A stretch of 64,000 nucleotides of DNA from a virus. A program made the translations under genes and the position numbers. Position 1 is the stretch's first letter. Every line of letters starts with the position of its first letter. The DNA is taken from IMG/VR virus record IMGVR_UViG_3300045988_172855, one strand, 5' to 3'. The notes beneath the pieces are model-generated. The model searched no databases and was not told the origin of the DNA. It saw only the letters and a list, made by a program, of their open reading frames with translations. Positions 42,947-51,976 of this stretch are shown in pieces.

Positions 42947-43721
42947 CGTTACAACATTCTCTTAAAAAGTTAACATTCTTTTTTATAAGATCCATTATAT
43001 TAGGATCGATTTCACGATCAAAGTAATCTGCAGGAGTTGGAACTCTTACGAATTTTTCACTGTCACTCAAATCAATACCGTTCATTGCAGCGAGAATAGG
43101 ATAACAACTGTCTGTCGATCTAAACCTCATACCTGTGTACGGAATGAACTCTCTCGGATCACCTTGACCTAAGAAATGTAACTGTTTGCGTAACAAATTC
43201 ATACTCTTCAAACGTGACACAACTACTGATCGAGAATAAGCTATATTATCACTCTCCATAATATGCGGAATCGCCTTCTTACTCATACCAATACAAGTCA
43301 CGTATCTACTCATCAAAAAGAATCTGTAGCAATCAAGCCATTCATCCCAATTCTTACCTTGAGGACAAGCAAGTAGACTTGTAAACATTAAGTTACTCTT
43401 TGCTCTTTCGATTTTCAACCACTCAACAAATTGATTAAAATTTCTCATCGTCTCATTGCGATTGTATAGAACATCTAAAGGAATGACCTCATTCGGTTGA
43501 ATCTCTTTCGTCAGCTTAAACAACTCTTCGTTAGTCAACACTTCGCCTTCATCACCAACACCCGAATCCAATATTGTGAAACGACCGTCTGCAATTGCTT
43601 TTTTAGTATATTCTCGATACTCAGAACTCTTCTTATACAATTGTCCTAAGATATAAAAATTCTTATCGCCTAGTTCACTTAACTCTAAATGACTCATAGG
43701 AGGTGTTACAAATACTCTCAT
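42936..43721 (-). CDS. dpdA: tRNA-guanine-transglycosylase-fold protein, DpdA-like DNA transglycosylase
   Basis: ILDSGVG matches TGT DSGGFQ. LLACPQGKNWDEW matches GIVQGG. LHFLGQGDPREF...FRSTDSCYPILAAMNG matches YLMGVGxPxD...MFDCVxPTRxARNG. At 261 aa it is the size of phage DpdA proteins. Confidence 0.6.
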   Translation of the reverse strand: MRVFVTPPMSHLELSELGDKNFYILGQLYKKSSEYREYTKKAIADGRFTILDSGVGDEGEVLTNEELFKLTKEIQPNEVIPLDVLYNRNETMRNFNQFVEWLKIERAKSNLMFTSLLACPQGKNWDEWLDCYRFFLMSRYVTCIGMSKKAIPHIMESDNIAYSRSVVVSRLKSMNLLRKQLHFLGQGDPREFIPYTGMRFRSTDSCYPILAAMNGIDLSDSEKFVRVPTPADYFDREIDPNIMDLIKKNVNFLRECCNDVL

Positions 43722-44635
43722 TCTTCAACGTTTTTTATTATAGTTAAATTATCATATTCTTCGTTTATAAGATATTCAATAAAATCATCGAAACCAATTG
43801 ATTTCTCGCCACTCAAAACATCTTCGAATGATTTATCTTTATCTTTCGAAAACAATCTCTTTTCAAATCGAAGTCTTCTTTTAGATTTAGGTACAGAAAG
43901 ATATATTACATGATAATCTTTTTGATCTAAACCTAATGTAACCCCTTTAAACACTTCAATCTGTCGACAACCTGTAACAATAATGTTCTCACAACCTTCA
44001 GAAATAGCTGATTTTATCAAATCGTTAAGCATCTCAACAATACTTTCATTAAGACACTTATTAAAAATTCTATCTTGTGTGTTTGTCAAATGACGAACAA
44101 TATCACCTACTTCAAATATAACATGTTTTTCACCTACATTTTTCTTCTTGTCTGATAACTTTTGAGTAAAATAAGTTTTACCCGAACAACAACCGCCTAC
44201 AACGAAAAGTATATTCACATTCTGTTTAGAATTACATTCACTTTGTTGTTCTTTTTCACCATCTTCAGGAACTTTTTTTACAACAGCATAGTTTTCACCA
44301 TCTTCACTTACTTCCACCTCTTCGAAATCAAATTGCTTTAACACTTTCTTAGCAATCTGTTCGCAAGATTGACTTCCGAAATCATATATTGCTGTACCTG
44401 CAATGATGGGTGTATTGTGTTTTATATAACTTTCAACTCTATTCTTGAGTAATATAAACTCTTCATCACGATTATCGTGATTAACCCGTTTTTTACAATT
44501 AAATTTGAAAAGATGACGGTGCGGTTGCTCAAGAAACTTAACACCATCACCGTGATTTGCTGAAGCATTTGGATAACAATGCATACCTTCGATTTCGAAT
44601 TTAATCCCAACCAATGTTTCTAATTTTGTTCTCAT
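43718..44635 (-). CDS. fusion of QueD/PTPS-like T-fold domain and P-loop NTPase/kinase domain
   Basis: The N-terminal half has a His triad GMHCYP...EQPHRHLF, compared with QueD AAHRLP...RLHGHSF. The C-terminal half has a Walker A motif, VVGGCCSGKTYF. Confidence 0.45.
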   Translation of the reverse strand: MRTKLETLVGIKFEIEGMHCYPNASANHGDGVKFLEQPHRHLFKFNCKKRVNHDNRDEEFILLKNRVESYIKHNTPIIAGTAIYDFGSQSCEQIAKKVLKQFDFEEVEVSEDGENYAVVKKVPEDGEKEQQSECNSKQNVNILFVVGGCCSGKTYFTQKLSDKKKNVGEKHVIFEVGDIVRHLTNTQDRIFNKCLNESIVEMLNDLIKSAISEGCENIIVTGCRQIEVFKGVTLGLDQKDYHVIYLSVPKSKRRLRFEKRLFSKDKDKSFEDVLSGEKSIGFDDFIEYLINEEYDNLTIIKNVEE

Positions 44636-44636
44636 A

Positions 44637-44891
44637 TCAATAAGTTATGTTAAATCTTTCTTTCGCTTTCTCAGGTCCTATACCGTAAGTCTTACATAGA
44701 CATCTCTTCTTATATTGACATAAATTAACAGGACCTCTATAAATCACTTTTCCATCAAATACCAATCTCATTATCTTTTCGCCGTTGATATTTTTATTTC
44801 TACTTTTACGAAAATTTTTTCGTTCTTCATCAGTCATTGATTTCGACCAACCATTTTTATGATAAATGAAATTTTTTAATGTTTCGTCCAT
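44637..44891 (-). CDS. hypothetical basic protein
   Basis: The track start at 44897 is TTG. The ATG is at 44891. Confidence 0.5.
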   Translation of the reverse strand: MDETLKNFIYHKNGWSKSMTDEERKNFRKSRNKNINGEKIMRLVFDGKVIYRGPVNLCQYKKRCLCKTYGIGPEKAKERFNITY

Positions 44892-44893
44892 AA

Positions 44894-45223
44894 TCAATCT
44901 CCCGGCTCAATTATACATATCGGTATCGCTGGATATTGTAGAACTAAAGGAATACACCTCGAATCGACTTTAGTATTCTTTCTCTTTAGATCTGCCATTA
45001 CTTGTGTAAATTTCTCTCTTTCTATTTTAATACACAATGGCTTAGGTCTATACTTCGAATCTTTCTGAGTCTCAATTCGTTCCATCTGCATGTGAATTTC
45101 AAGTGCTTCTTTACAAGGTAGGAATTTTTCAAGACTAGGAATCTTATTCGCACTAATTAACATTACTTTATCACCGCGTACCGTTTCATTAATGACAGGT
45201 ACAAACATCTTTTCTTTTTTCAT
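44894..45223 (-). CDS. hypothetical protein
   Basis: The track start at 45232 is GTG. The ATG (MKKEKMF) is at 45223. Confidence 0.5.
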   Translation of the reverse strand: MKKEKMFVPVINETVRGDKVMLISANKIPSLEKFLPCKEALEIHMQMERIETQKDSKYRPKPLCIKIEREKFTQVMADLKRKNTKVDSRCIPLVLQYPAIPICIIEPGD

Positions 45224-45233
45224 ATTTTTCACT

Positions 45234-45323
45234 TTAATTTATATAATCATATTCATCGTCATCTTCGAGATCAAACTCTTCAAAGTCACTTTGCGTAGTA
45301 ATTTCGTAATCACTCATATTCAT
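45234..45323 (-). CDS. 29-aa very acidic peptide
   Basis: Own translation: MNMSDYEITTQSDFEEFDLEDDDEYDYIN. It fills the gap after the helicase gene. Confidence 0.3.
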   Translation of the reverse strand: MNMSDYEITTQSDFEEFDLEDDDEYDYIN

Positions 45324-45329
45324 TTGATT

Positions 45330-46787
45330 TTAAATTGAACAATATATTAACTCACGTTTTGCTCTTGTAATTGCTACGAACTTGAGACAATATTCACTAT
45401 ACAGAGCTTCTTGTGTTCTGACCTTATCGCTAGGGATCAAACCAGGATTTAAAAAGAATACTCTATCACTTTCAAGACCCTTTGACTTATGTATTGTACT
45501 TAATACAATACCTTCAACATCTTCTGTGTAAATCCTTTTAATATTTTCCTCCATTATAGAAATATTGTTCCATATACTTGATAATCTATCTATAATGGAA
45601 CATTTCTCAACAAGATTTTCATAAGATGGTTGTTGAATTGCTGATGCGCGACTCATACCTTTATCCATCAATTCTTGTATCTTCTGTTTTTTAAGAATTT
45701 CAAGATCTTGAAAATTAGTGATCTTATCTAAAATCGCACACAGTGCATTGCCGAAGTCTTTATCTTTAATTGTAGCCTTTTTGCTGTTTTGCAAAAGATT
45801 TATAAATGCCTCTACAAGTGGTAAATTATTTCTACATAAAACAAAATCACCTGAATTAGCCTCTTTTAATTCACCTAATCTTACACAACCTTGAATTGCA
45901 TTCTCTGAAGCTTCGATACCATTTGAAAAAACAGTTTTAGCTTCATTTACAATTGACTTAGCGCATCTATATGTTATATCAAGAGGCAATGTCACTGTAT
46001 TAGCAAGATTTTGTAAAAGTTTAAAATTTGATACACTCGCGCCCTGAAATGTGTAGATGTTTTGCCTTGGATCACCAACAGCTATAAATCTGCCTCCAAT
46101 AGGTTTGATATATCTTAATAGAAGTTCTCTCTGAATTGTATTCATATCTTGAACTTCATCTGCAACAACAAGATCGTATTTAGGAAAATCGTCTTCGTCA
46201 ACGAGAATGTATGGAAGATACAACATATCTGTAAAATCCATCTCAAAATCACGATTACTATTGATCTTACGAGTTCGCTTTATCCATTCCTGCTCAATAT
46301 CTACGATATCTTGAACCATTCGATCACGAAATTCAATATCCTTATCAACGCATATATTGTTTATATCATTTTGATAATCAACGAGTAAATTCATACGAAT
46401 AGCATTCCATATATCTTGTAATTCAAATAGATATCTCAATTGCTGCTTTTCAGGTACGTCTTCTAAATTCAATATCTGTCGTCCTATTTTAAAGCATTTG
46501 TTTTCACTTAATTTTAATTTGAAATTAAAATTACGAAGCAATACTTTAAGTCCTTTAGAATGAAATGTACTTACTTCAACTCTTTCAGGCAATCTAGTTT
46601 TCAGTTCTTCAGCAATGCTCTTATTAAACGCTGAAAAGAAACACTTCTTATAAGGTGCAGTTCTTCGACAACACTCTACAATCGTTGTCGTTTTTCCGGA
46701 CCCTGCTGTAGCCTCTATTACTATATTTTGACTCGTTTTTGCATACGTATCAAAAACTGCATTTTGACGATCACTCCAATTTTTCAT
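45330..46787 (-). CDS. UvrD/Rep/PcrA-type SF1 DNA helicase
   Basis: Walker A ATAGSGKTTT, DExx VVADEVQDMN, TIHKSKGLE and VAITRAKREL motifs. Confidence 0.85.
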   Translation of the reverse strand: MKNWSDRQNAVFDTYAKTSQNIVIEATAGSGKTTTIVECCRRTAPYKKCFFSAFNKSIAEELKTRLPERVEVSTFHSKGLKVLLRNFNFKLKLSENKCFKIGRQILNLEDVPEKQQLRYLFELQDIWNAIRMNLLVDYQNDINNICVDKDIEFRDRMVQDIVDIEQEWIKRTRKINSNRDFEMDFTDMLYLPYILVDEDDFPKYDLVVADEVQDMNTIQRELLLRYIKPIGGRFIAVGDPRQNIYTFQGASVSNFKLLQNLANTVTLPLDITYRCAKSIVNEAKTVFSNGIEASENAIQGCVRLGELKEANSGDFVLCRNNLPLVEAFINLLQNSKKATIKDKDFGNALCAILDKITNFQDLEILKKQKIQELMDKGMSRASAIQQPSYENLVEKCSIIDRLSSIWNNISIMEENIKRIYTEDVEGIVLSTIHKSKGLESDRVFFLNPGLIPSDKVRTQEALYSEYCLKFVAITRAKRELIYCSI

Positions 46788-47254
46788 TTCAAATGATTTT
46801 CGTTACCAACTAAAGAAATTATTTGTTGAGAATATTTGAAAATACTTACATAATCCTTCTGTCTTTTCAAAGCAATCTTTTTCTTTAAAACACTCATTAT
46901 ATCGGCATAACGAATATCATCTTGACATAAGAATCTATTGTAATCAAATTCCTTAACAACCCAAACATCAAATATGATTTGATTAAAACAAAATCTAAAA
47001 TGATTTTCTATTGTTGGATAACGACAGCTATCATCGTGACCTTGATATGTTGAATTTAGCAATTTCAATATCTTGATTATGTTAGGATCATCTGTTCTCA
47101 ATTCCAAATCGATATCGTTCGGCTGACAATCAAATCCATGTTGGTAAAGTGCCAAACTTCCACCAACAATAAAGTCTTTGCTAATTTCTTTTTCAAATTT
47201 TTTTAACGCATCAATCATTATCGATACATTAACTGCAATTTCAAAATCTTTCAT
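46784..47254 (-). CDS. putative Pol-beta-superfamily nucleotidyltransferase
   Basis: GGSLALYQHGF....NDIDLEL fits the G(G/S)...h...D.D minimal NTase motif. Confidence 0.4.
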   Translation of the reverse strand: MKDFEIAVNVSIMIDALKKFEKEISKDFIVGGSLALYQHGFDCQPNDIDLELRTDDPNIIKILKLLNSTYQGHDDSCRYPTIENHFRFCFNQIIFDVWVVKEFDYNRFLCQDDIRYADIMSVLKKKIALKRQKDYVSIFKYSQQIISLVGNENHLK

Positions 47255-47733
47255 TCTGCTTCAATTTTATCTAGTTCGTATTCAGTAAAATTCTTATAAT
47301 TAGCTAATATATCAGCTACTGCATTACCATAAACAATTGGATCGTTTATATTCTTTTTGTGACCTGGATGCCATATTAATCTTAATCTAAGTTTCTTACG
47401 ATCTTTGAGTTCCTTTAATATAGCTTTCCACAGATCAACATTCATACATCCTTTCCAATCATTATCAACCCATTCTTTAATGTTTTTAACAAGACCATCG
47501 ACAACATATTGACTATCACTATAAACCGTAGCACTTATAGGAATATCTTTTCTTAGAGATTGAATTGCTGTCAATAATGCTCTCATTTCACATCTACCAA
47601 TTGTAGTTTTCTTATAACCTTTTGAAATGAAAGTTTCTTCACCGTCACAAATCATATAGACGCCAATTCCTCCCTTTTTGATTTTCCAATAACAGCTTCC
47701 GTCTGTAAAAATTGTTATCTCTTTTCTTTCCAT
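47251..47733 (-). CDS. rnhA: ribonuclease HI
   Basis: IFTDGSC...GGIGV, GRCEMRALLTAI, VYSDSQYVV, W.PGH...GN..AD.LA: the RNase H1 catalytic D-E-D-D framework. Confidence 0.85.
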   Translation of the reverse strand: MERKEITIFTDGSCYWKIKKGGIGVYMICDGEETFISKGYKKTTIGRCEMRALLTAIQSLRKDIPISATVYSDSQYVVDGLVKNIKEWVDNDWKGCMNVDLWKAILKELKDRKKLRLRLIWHPGHKKNINDPIVYGNAVADILANYKNFTEYELDKIEAE

Positions 47734-47735
47734 GC

Positions 47736-47767
47736 CTAAAGATACTACTTTGTTATCGATAAATCAA
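47736..47767 (-). promoter_or_regulatory. Bacteroidota-type promoter abutting the RNase H ATG
   Basis: The - strand reads TTGATTTATCGATAACAAAGTAGTATCTTTAGGCATGG. The ATG begins 2 nt after the 9-mer box. Confidence 0.55.
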
Positions 47768-49452
47768 GACTTCGTGTTCTTATTCTTTGACTTTAACCTC
47801 TTAATTAAGGCCCAATCTGTCGATTCGTCGTTATTAGAAACTGTATCGTGACCTTTAATTACTGCATTCGTTATCACAGTCTTTTCATCAATAACTTCCT
47901 TTAAATCTGCATCAATAGTTTCGCTCGATAATATATAATATATATTCATCTCCTGTTTTTGACCCATTCTATCTATACGAGCTTTAGCTTGATCAAGATC
48001 TGAAGGTCTAGGAGGCAATTCTAAAAACAACATATTACTACAATGTTCTTGTAATCCATCTACACCTGTAGAAAGTGTTGCAATATTAGCAAAAACAAAC
48101 TGTTTATCTCTTTTAAATTCTTCAACTCTCCTCATCTTCTCATCTGTTGTTTGTTCACCGATCACCAATACACTATCTTTTGCAAATTCTTTTTGCAATT
48201 GTTTTAGAGGCTCGGTTCTTACACCAAAAACGATTAATTTTTCATCTTCTGCAATCTCTTTCCATTCTTTTAAAAATGCGGTAATGAATTTCATCTTACC
48301 TTTAATGGATAGATCTTTCAAATTCGCTAATTTAACTAAATGTTCAGCTCGTCTCGCTCTCTCTGCAGCCTCAAGGTCTATATCTTCAAGATACTCAATG
48401 AAATTTTCTTCGGCTTTTTGATACTCTTTCTTATTCGTTATCTCGCATTCGATTGTTTGTTCTATAACATTAGGAAGCTCTTTCAAAACATCGTTTCTTT
48501 CTTTTCGATAGTAACAGTAATGTTTCAATATATTGTGTAACTCTAATGTGTATGTAGCTCCTGAGCAATCTAATCCAAATCTCGTTATTTTTGCATTACA
48601 ATATCTATTTAAAAAATATTTCATATTCGGAAATATTTCGTCAAATCGTCCTAATATCCTTAGAATATTTATAAGCTCTTGAGGTCTGTTCTGAATAATC
48701 GTTCCGCTCAATGCAAAGACTTTATGTGCTTTTTTCACAATTTTTTCAACAGCCTTCGACCTCATTGTTTTGGGATTTTTACATAAGTGTATCTCATCGA
48801 GAATAACACATCCCCATTTTTTAGACAAACTTCTGCTATACCTTAATTTTAACTCTTCGCCCCTTTTTGTTTTTTTAAACAAGTAATCGTAGTTTATAAT
48901 AGTAACGTCTACTTTCCAATCTAAATCATCACCATCTTTAGAGTCTATAATATGTATTGTCCTATTAGGATTACACCTTTTCCATTCTCTCTCCCAAGAT
49001 GTCTTGACTGTAGACGGACATATAACTAAACACGGGAAAAGATCAAGTAATTCAACTGTTGCAATTGATTGGCGTGATTTACCTAATCCCATAGAGCAAC
49101 CGTTGATACAATTATCGTGATTTATCATATAAGTTACTCCCTCAATTTGATAATCTCTCAAATTAAGAGGTAACTTAAGAAAGTCAATTAATTGTTTCAC
49201 TTCACTTTCTTCAACATAATTGTGTATAGGATTTAATTTGATTTCTTGAGGCCGATAAATTCGTTTATTTTCAAAATTATTTTCCTCAAGAAATCCCTTT
49301 AATCTAGACGATATCTCTAAATTAAGTTGTAAATACCATTCTTTAGTTGCATTATTATATTTAGCTTTGAATCTCTTCATAGCTTCAACTAAATGCGGTC
49401 TATAATCAAAACCTATATATATCCAATCTTTTTCTCTATAGTAATATCTCAT
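47764..49452 (-). CDS. SNF2-family helicase/translocase
   Basis: DYQIEGV...MGLGKSRQ, ILDEIHLCKN, LSGTIIQNRPQEL, TGVDGLQ and DQAKARIDRMGQK motifs. The track start at 49476 (TTG) lies in a hairpin, so the ATG at 49452 was used. Confidence 0.85.
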   Translation of the reverse strand: MRYYYREKDWIYIGFDYRPHLVEAMKRFKAKYNNATKEWYLQLNLEISSRLKGFLEENNFENKRIYRPQEIKLNPIHNYVEESEVKQLIDFLKLPLNLRDYQIEGVTYMINHDNCINGCSMGLGKSRQSIATVELLDLFPCLVICPSTVKTSWEREWKRCNPNRTIHIIDSKDGDDLDWKVDVTIINYDYLFKKTKRGEELKLRYSRSLSKKWGCVILDEIHLCKNPKTMRSKAVEKIVKKAHKVFALSGTIIQNRPQELINILRILGRFDEIFPNMKYFLNRYCNAKITRFGLDCSGATYTLELHNILKHYCYYRKERNDVLKELPNVIEQTIECEITNKKEYQKAEENFIEYLEDIDLEAAERARRAEHLVKLANLKDLSIKGKMKFITAFLKEWKEIAEDEKLIVFGVRTEPLKQLQKEFAKDSVLVIGEQTTDEKMRRVEEFKRDKQFVFANIATLSTGVDGLQEHCSNMLFLELPPRPSDLDQAKARIDRMGQKQEMNIYYILSSETIDADLKEVIDEKTVITNAVIKGHDTVSNNDESTDWALIKRLKSKNKNTKS

Positions 49453-49475
49453 CACATCAATTTTTATATAAAGCA

Positions 49476-49507
49476 AAGTGGATCTTATTTCACAACAAAA
49501 TCCACTT
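49476..49507 (-). terminator. GUGA-capped hairpin after ligase gene
   Basis: The - strand reads AAGTGGAT-TTTGTT-GTGA-AATAAG-ATCCACTT (14 bp including wobbles), then TGCTTTATAT. Confidence 0.55.
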
Positions 49508-49545
49508 CAATACTCAATTTATAAATTTAAAGCAAAATGTTAAAG

Positions 49546-51486
49546 TCAGCAGAGGAATTTCTCTTTGAACTCCGTGGCTGTAAAGATCGGAATTCCTAGA
49601 CTCTCTGCCTTCAATTCCTTTGTCGAATTGCTTCCCTTTTCTTTTACCACCACGCACGTTGTTTTCTTACTCACCGAAGATCCTATCTTATGACCCATTT
49701 CAGTAAGTTTTCTCTCCCAATCTTTATTTCTGAATCCGGTAAAAACAATTGTCATCTGACCATCAAACGATTTCTCTTCAAGACCGTAATATGTAATAGG
49801 AATTGTAAACAAATCTGATGTCCATGACATCCACCAATCCATAATCCCCATGATGAAAGCGTAAGCTGTATTAAAACCCACTCCTTCTACACATCCTTCA
49901 ATCTCAGATGCCCAATTCTCATTACACTCCTTGGCAAAAGAAGATATGTCTTCGTAAGTATATAGTTTCAATCCATTGAGAATCTTTTGACACGTTTTCT
50001 CAGCTATAACTCCTTTAAAAAAATTATAAGCTGTCATCATTTTTGCAAAATTAGTACCTTTCTTTCTCAGCTCTTCAAATTGTTTCGAAAGTACTTTTGC
50101 CGCAACATTACCAAGACCTTCAATGTTTTTGAGTTCATTTTCATTCAATCTAATAATGGATGTAGGATCTTTATATCCTGCATTAAAAATCTTCTTGATA
50201 GTTGGTTCTCGAAACTCTTTAAAGTCAAGTATAGAGAAAAAATAAACACATCTAGATAATAATACGCCTTCACATTGCGAATTCGTACACATCAAGTCTA
50301 CATTATTCGAATCCCACACTAATTCTTTACCACATATTGGACAAACTGTAGGAGTCTTTGAATATGTATTTGTATACGAAACTGTTTTAAGATGTTTTGG
50401 AATAACGTCTCCTGAACGACATATCACTACTCTTGCTCCCGGAACAATATTGTTCTCAACGATATAACGAGCATTATATGCAGTACATTTTGATACAGTC
50501 GCGCCACACAATTCAATCGGTTCAATCTCAACAACAGGAGCTAATCTTCCGTCCTTAGAAATTTGCCAACGAACCTCTTTTACAACAGTTTCTTCTCTTT
50601 CTGACCATTCAGGATTTTTATAAGCAATAGCATATCTAGGATTATTATTCGCAAGTCGTCCTAATTCTCTTCTTTTCTTTGCATTGTTTACATCAATCAC
50701 AAGACCGTCACATTTATAACCTTTTGTCAATTTTTCAAATAAACTATTCATAAGATTGACAAAACCGTCTTCGTCTTCAAGTGATTTTACTGTAATTGTT
50801 GAGAAATTAACTCTACTTTGTTCGCAACTACACTCGTTTAAAATTTCGAGTTGCTTCTTCTTATCCCAATCCTCATTGTCACATCCATATCTTACATAAT
50901 TAACGTATTTTACAAACTCACTAACATTTGGTGAGTTGAGAAGACCTGCAACAGCATTTCTTGCAGATTTATATCCTGCTTCATCTTTGATTTTCAAAAA
51001 ATCTGCTGTTTTAAAAATCGCTTCACCGAATGAGAAAATCGGAAGTTCGTTGTCAAGAGATTGTGTATAAATTGCATTGTTTATACATTTTTCAAAATGT
51101 TCAGTACAATTTTGTCCAAATTCTCCATCACCACGAGTCCAAGCATTTCCAACTGTCTCTAATACACATAATGAAATCCCGTCATATTTAGGTGTAACAA
51201 TCAATTCATCTGTAGATTTTAAATCAATAGATTTGATCCATCTCAAAATCTCTTCGTGCGACTTCACCTTCTCAAGTGAGAACATAGGAATCGGAAGTTT
51301 CTCCTTTCTATCTTCAGACACTTTGTCTTGTACACCTTTCTTAAACCATTCAGAATCCGGATTTAATTCTTGTAATTGATCAACAAGTTGATCAAATTCT
51401 TGATCCGTTACTAATGGATTACCTTTTCGATACGCATCATTATATCTACGTATCAAACATTCTAATTCTAAAACTTCTTTATCCAT
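49546..51486 (-). CDS. ligA: NAD-dependent DNA ligase
   Basis: Adenylation motif VTPKYDGISL, Zn finger CPICGKELVWDSNNVDLMCTNSQC, HhH region, and C-terminal BRCT-like FTGFRNKDWE... Confidence 0.9.
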   Translation of the reverse strand: MDKEVLELECLIRRYNDAYRKGNPLVTDQEFDQLVDQLQELNPDSEWFKKGVQDKVSEDRKEKLPIPMFSLEKVKSHEEILRWIKSIDLKSTDELIVTPKYDGISLCVLETVGNAWTRGDGEFGQNCTEHFEKCINNAIYTQSLDNELPIFSFGEAIFKTADFLKIKDEAGYKSARNAVAGLLNSPNVSEFVKYVNYVRYGCDNEDWDKKKQLEILNECSCEQSRVNFSTITVKSLEDEDGFVNLMNSLFEKLTKGYKCDGLVIDVNNAKKRRELGRLANNNPRYAIAYKNPEWSEREETVVKEVRWQISKDGRLAPVVEIEPIELCGATVSKCTAYNARYIVENNIVPGARVVICRSGDVIPKHLKTVSYTNTYSKTPTVCPICGKELVWDSNNVDLMCTNSQCEGVLLSRCVYFFSILDFKEFREPTIKKIFNAGYKDPTSIIRLNENELKNIEGLGNVAAKVLSKQFEELRKKGTNFAKMMTAYNFFKGVIAEKTCQKILNGLKLYTYEDISSFAKECNENWASEIEGCVEGVGFNTAYAFIMGIMDWWMSWTSDLFTIPITYYGLEEKSFDGQMTIVFTGFRNKDWERKLTEMGHKIGSSVSKKTTCVVVKEKGSNSTKELKAESLGIPIFTATEFKEKFLC

Positions 51487-51487
51487 A

Positions 51488-51595
51488 TCATTTCATTATT
51501 TGAGACAATTCTGCTTTTGAATTTTCTTTGATGGGATTTGTGATATTCTTTACGATAAAATCACGATCTGAATTTGTTAATTTTTGACTTGCCAT
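51488..51595 (-). CDS. small ORF (35 aa) coupled to ligase start
   Basis: Own translation: MASQKLTNSDRDFIVKNITNPIKENSKAELSQIMK. Its stop lies 1 nt before the ligase ATG. Confidence 0.3.
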   Translation of the reverse strand: MASQKLTNSDRDFIVKNITNPIKENSKAELSQIMK

Positions 51596-51606
51596 AATTA
51601 TATGTA

Positions 51607-51927
51607 TTAATAAACATTTTCTTTATTCGAAATCATCCATATATAATTCTCATGTCCAAATTTGAAATCCTTTTTTGGTCTACTTTGAACACGATCTTCA
51701 AGAGTTATAGGATTTAATTCTGCCATCTGAAATGGTAAATGAATTGAAAAATCTGTAATATCTTGAGCTCCTCGAACTTCGTTAAAGAAAACATCTCTCA
51801 CTTTAGGTGAGAAGCTCTCGACAATATAAGCTCTCAAGTCTCCAAAAAAATCTATAACGATTACTTGCTTCTGTGTCGCAGCAACAAGTGTCCATAGATT
51901 GTCTAATGCTTTTTGACTTATTTCCAT
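51607..51927 (-). CDS. hypothetical protein
   Basis: Track ORF. Its ATG lies 17 nt after the promoter -7 box. Confidence 0.5.
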   Translation of the reverse strand: MEISQKALDNLWTLVAATQKQVIVIDFFGDLRAYIVESFSPKVRDVFFNEVRGAQDITDFSIHLPFQMAELNPITLEDRVQSRPKKDFKFGHENYIWMISNKENVY

Positions 51928-51943
51928 CTCTTTTATTTTTGTT

Positions 51944-51975
51944 GTAAAGATACTATTTTATTATGTCAATTGCAA
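51944..51975 (-). promoter_or_regulatory. Bacteroidota-type promoter (TTG-N20-TATCTTTAC)
   Basis: The - strand reads TTGCAATTGACATAATAAAATAGTATCTTTACAAC. Confidence 0.6.
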
Positions 51976-51976
51976 C

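Noticed and set aside
1694-44610. Nested same-strand track ORFs in other frames (1694..1981, 18908..19138, 19902..20126, 30248..30433, 30549..30782, 34494..34709, 44422..44610)
   Set aside because: They are fully contained within longer ORFs whose frames carry the recognisable domains. There is no independent signal for any of them.
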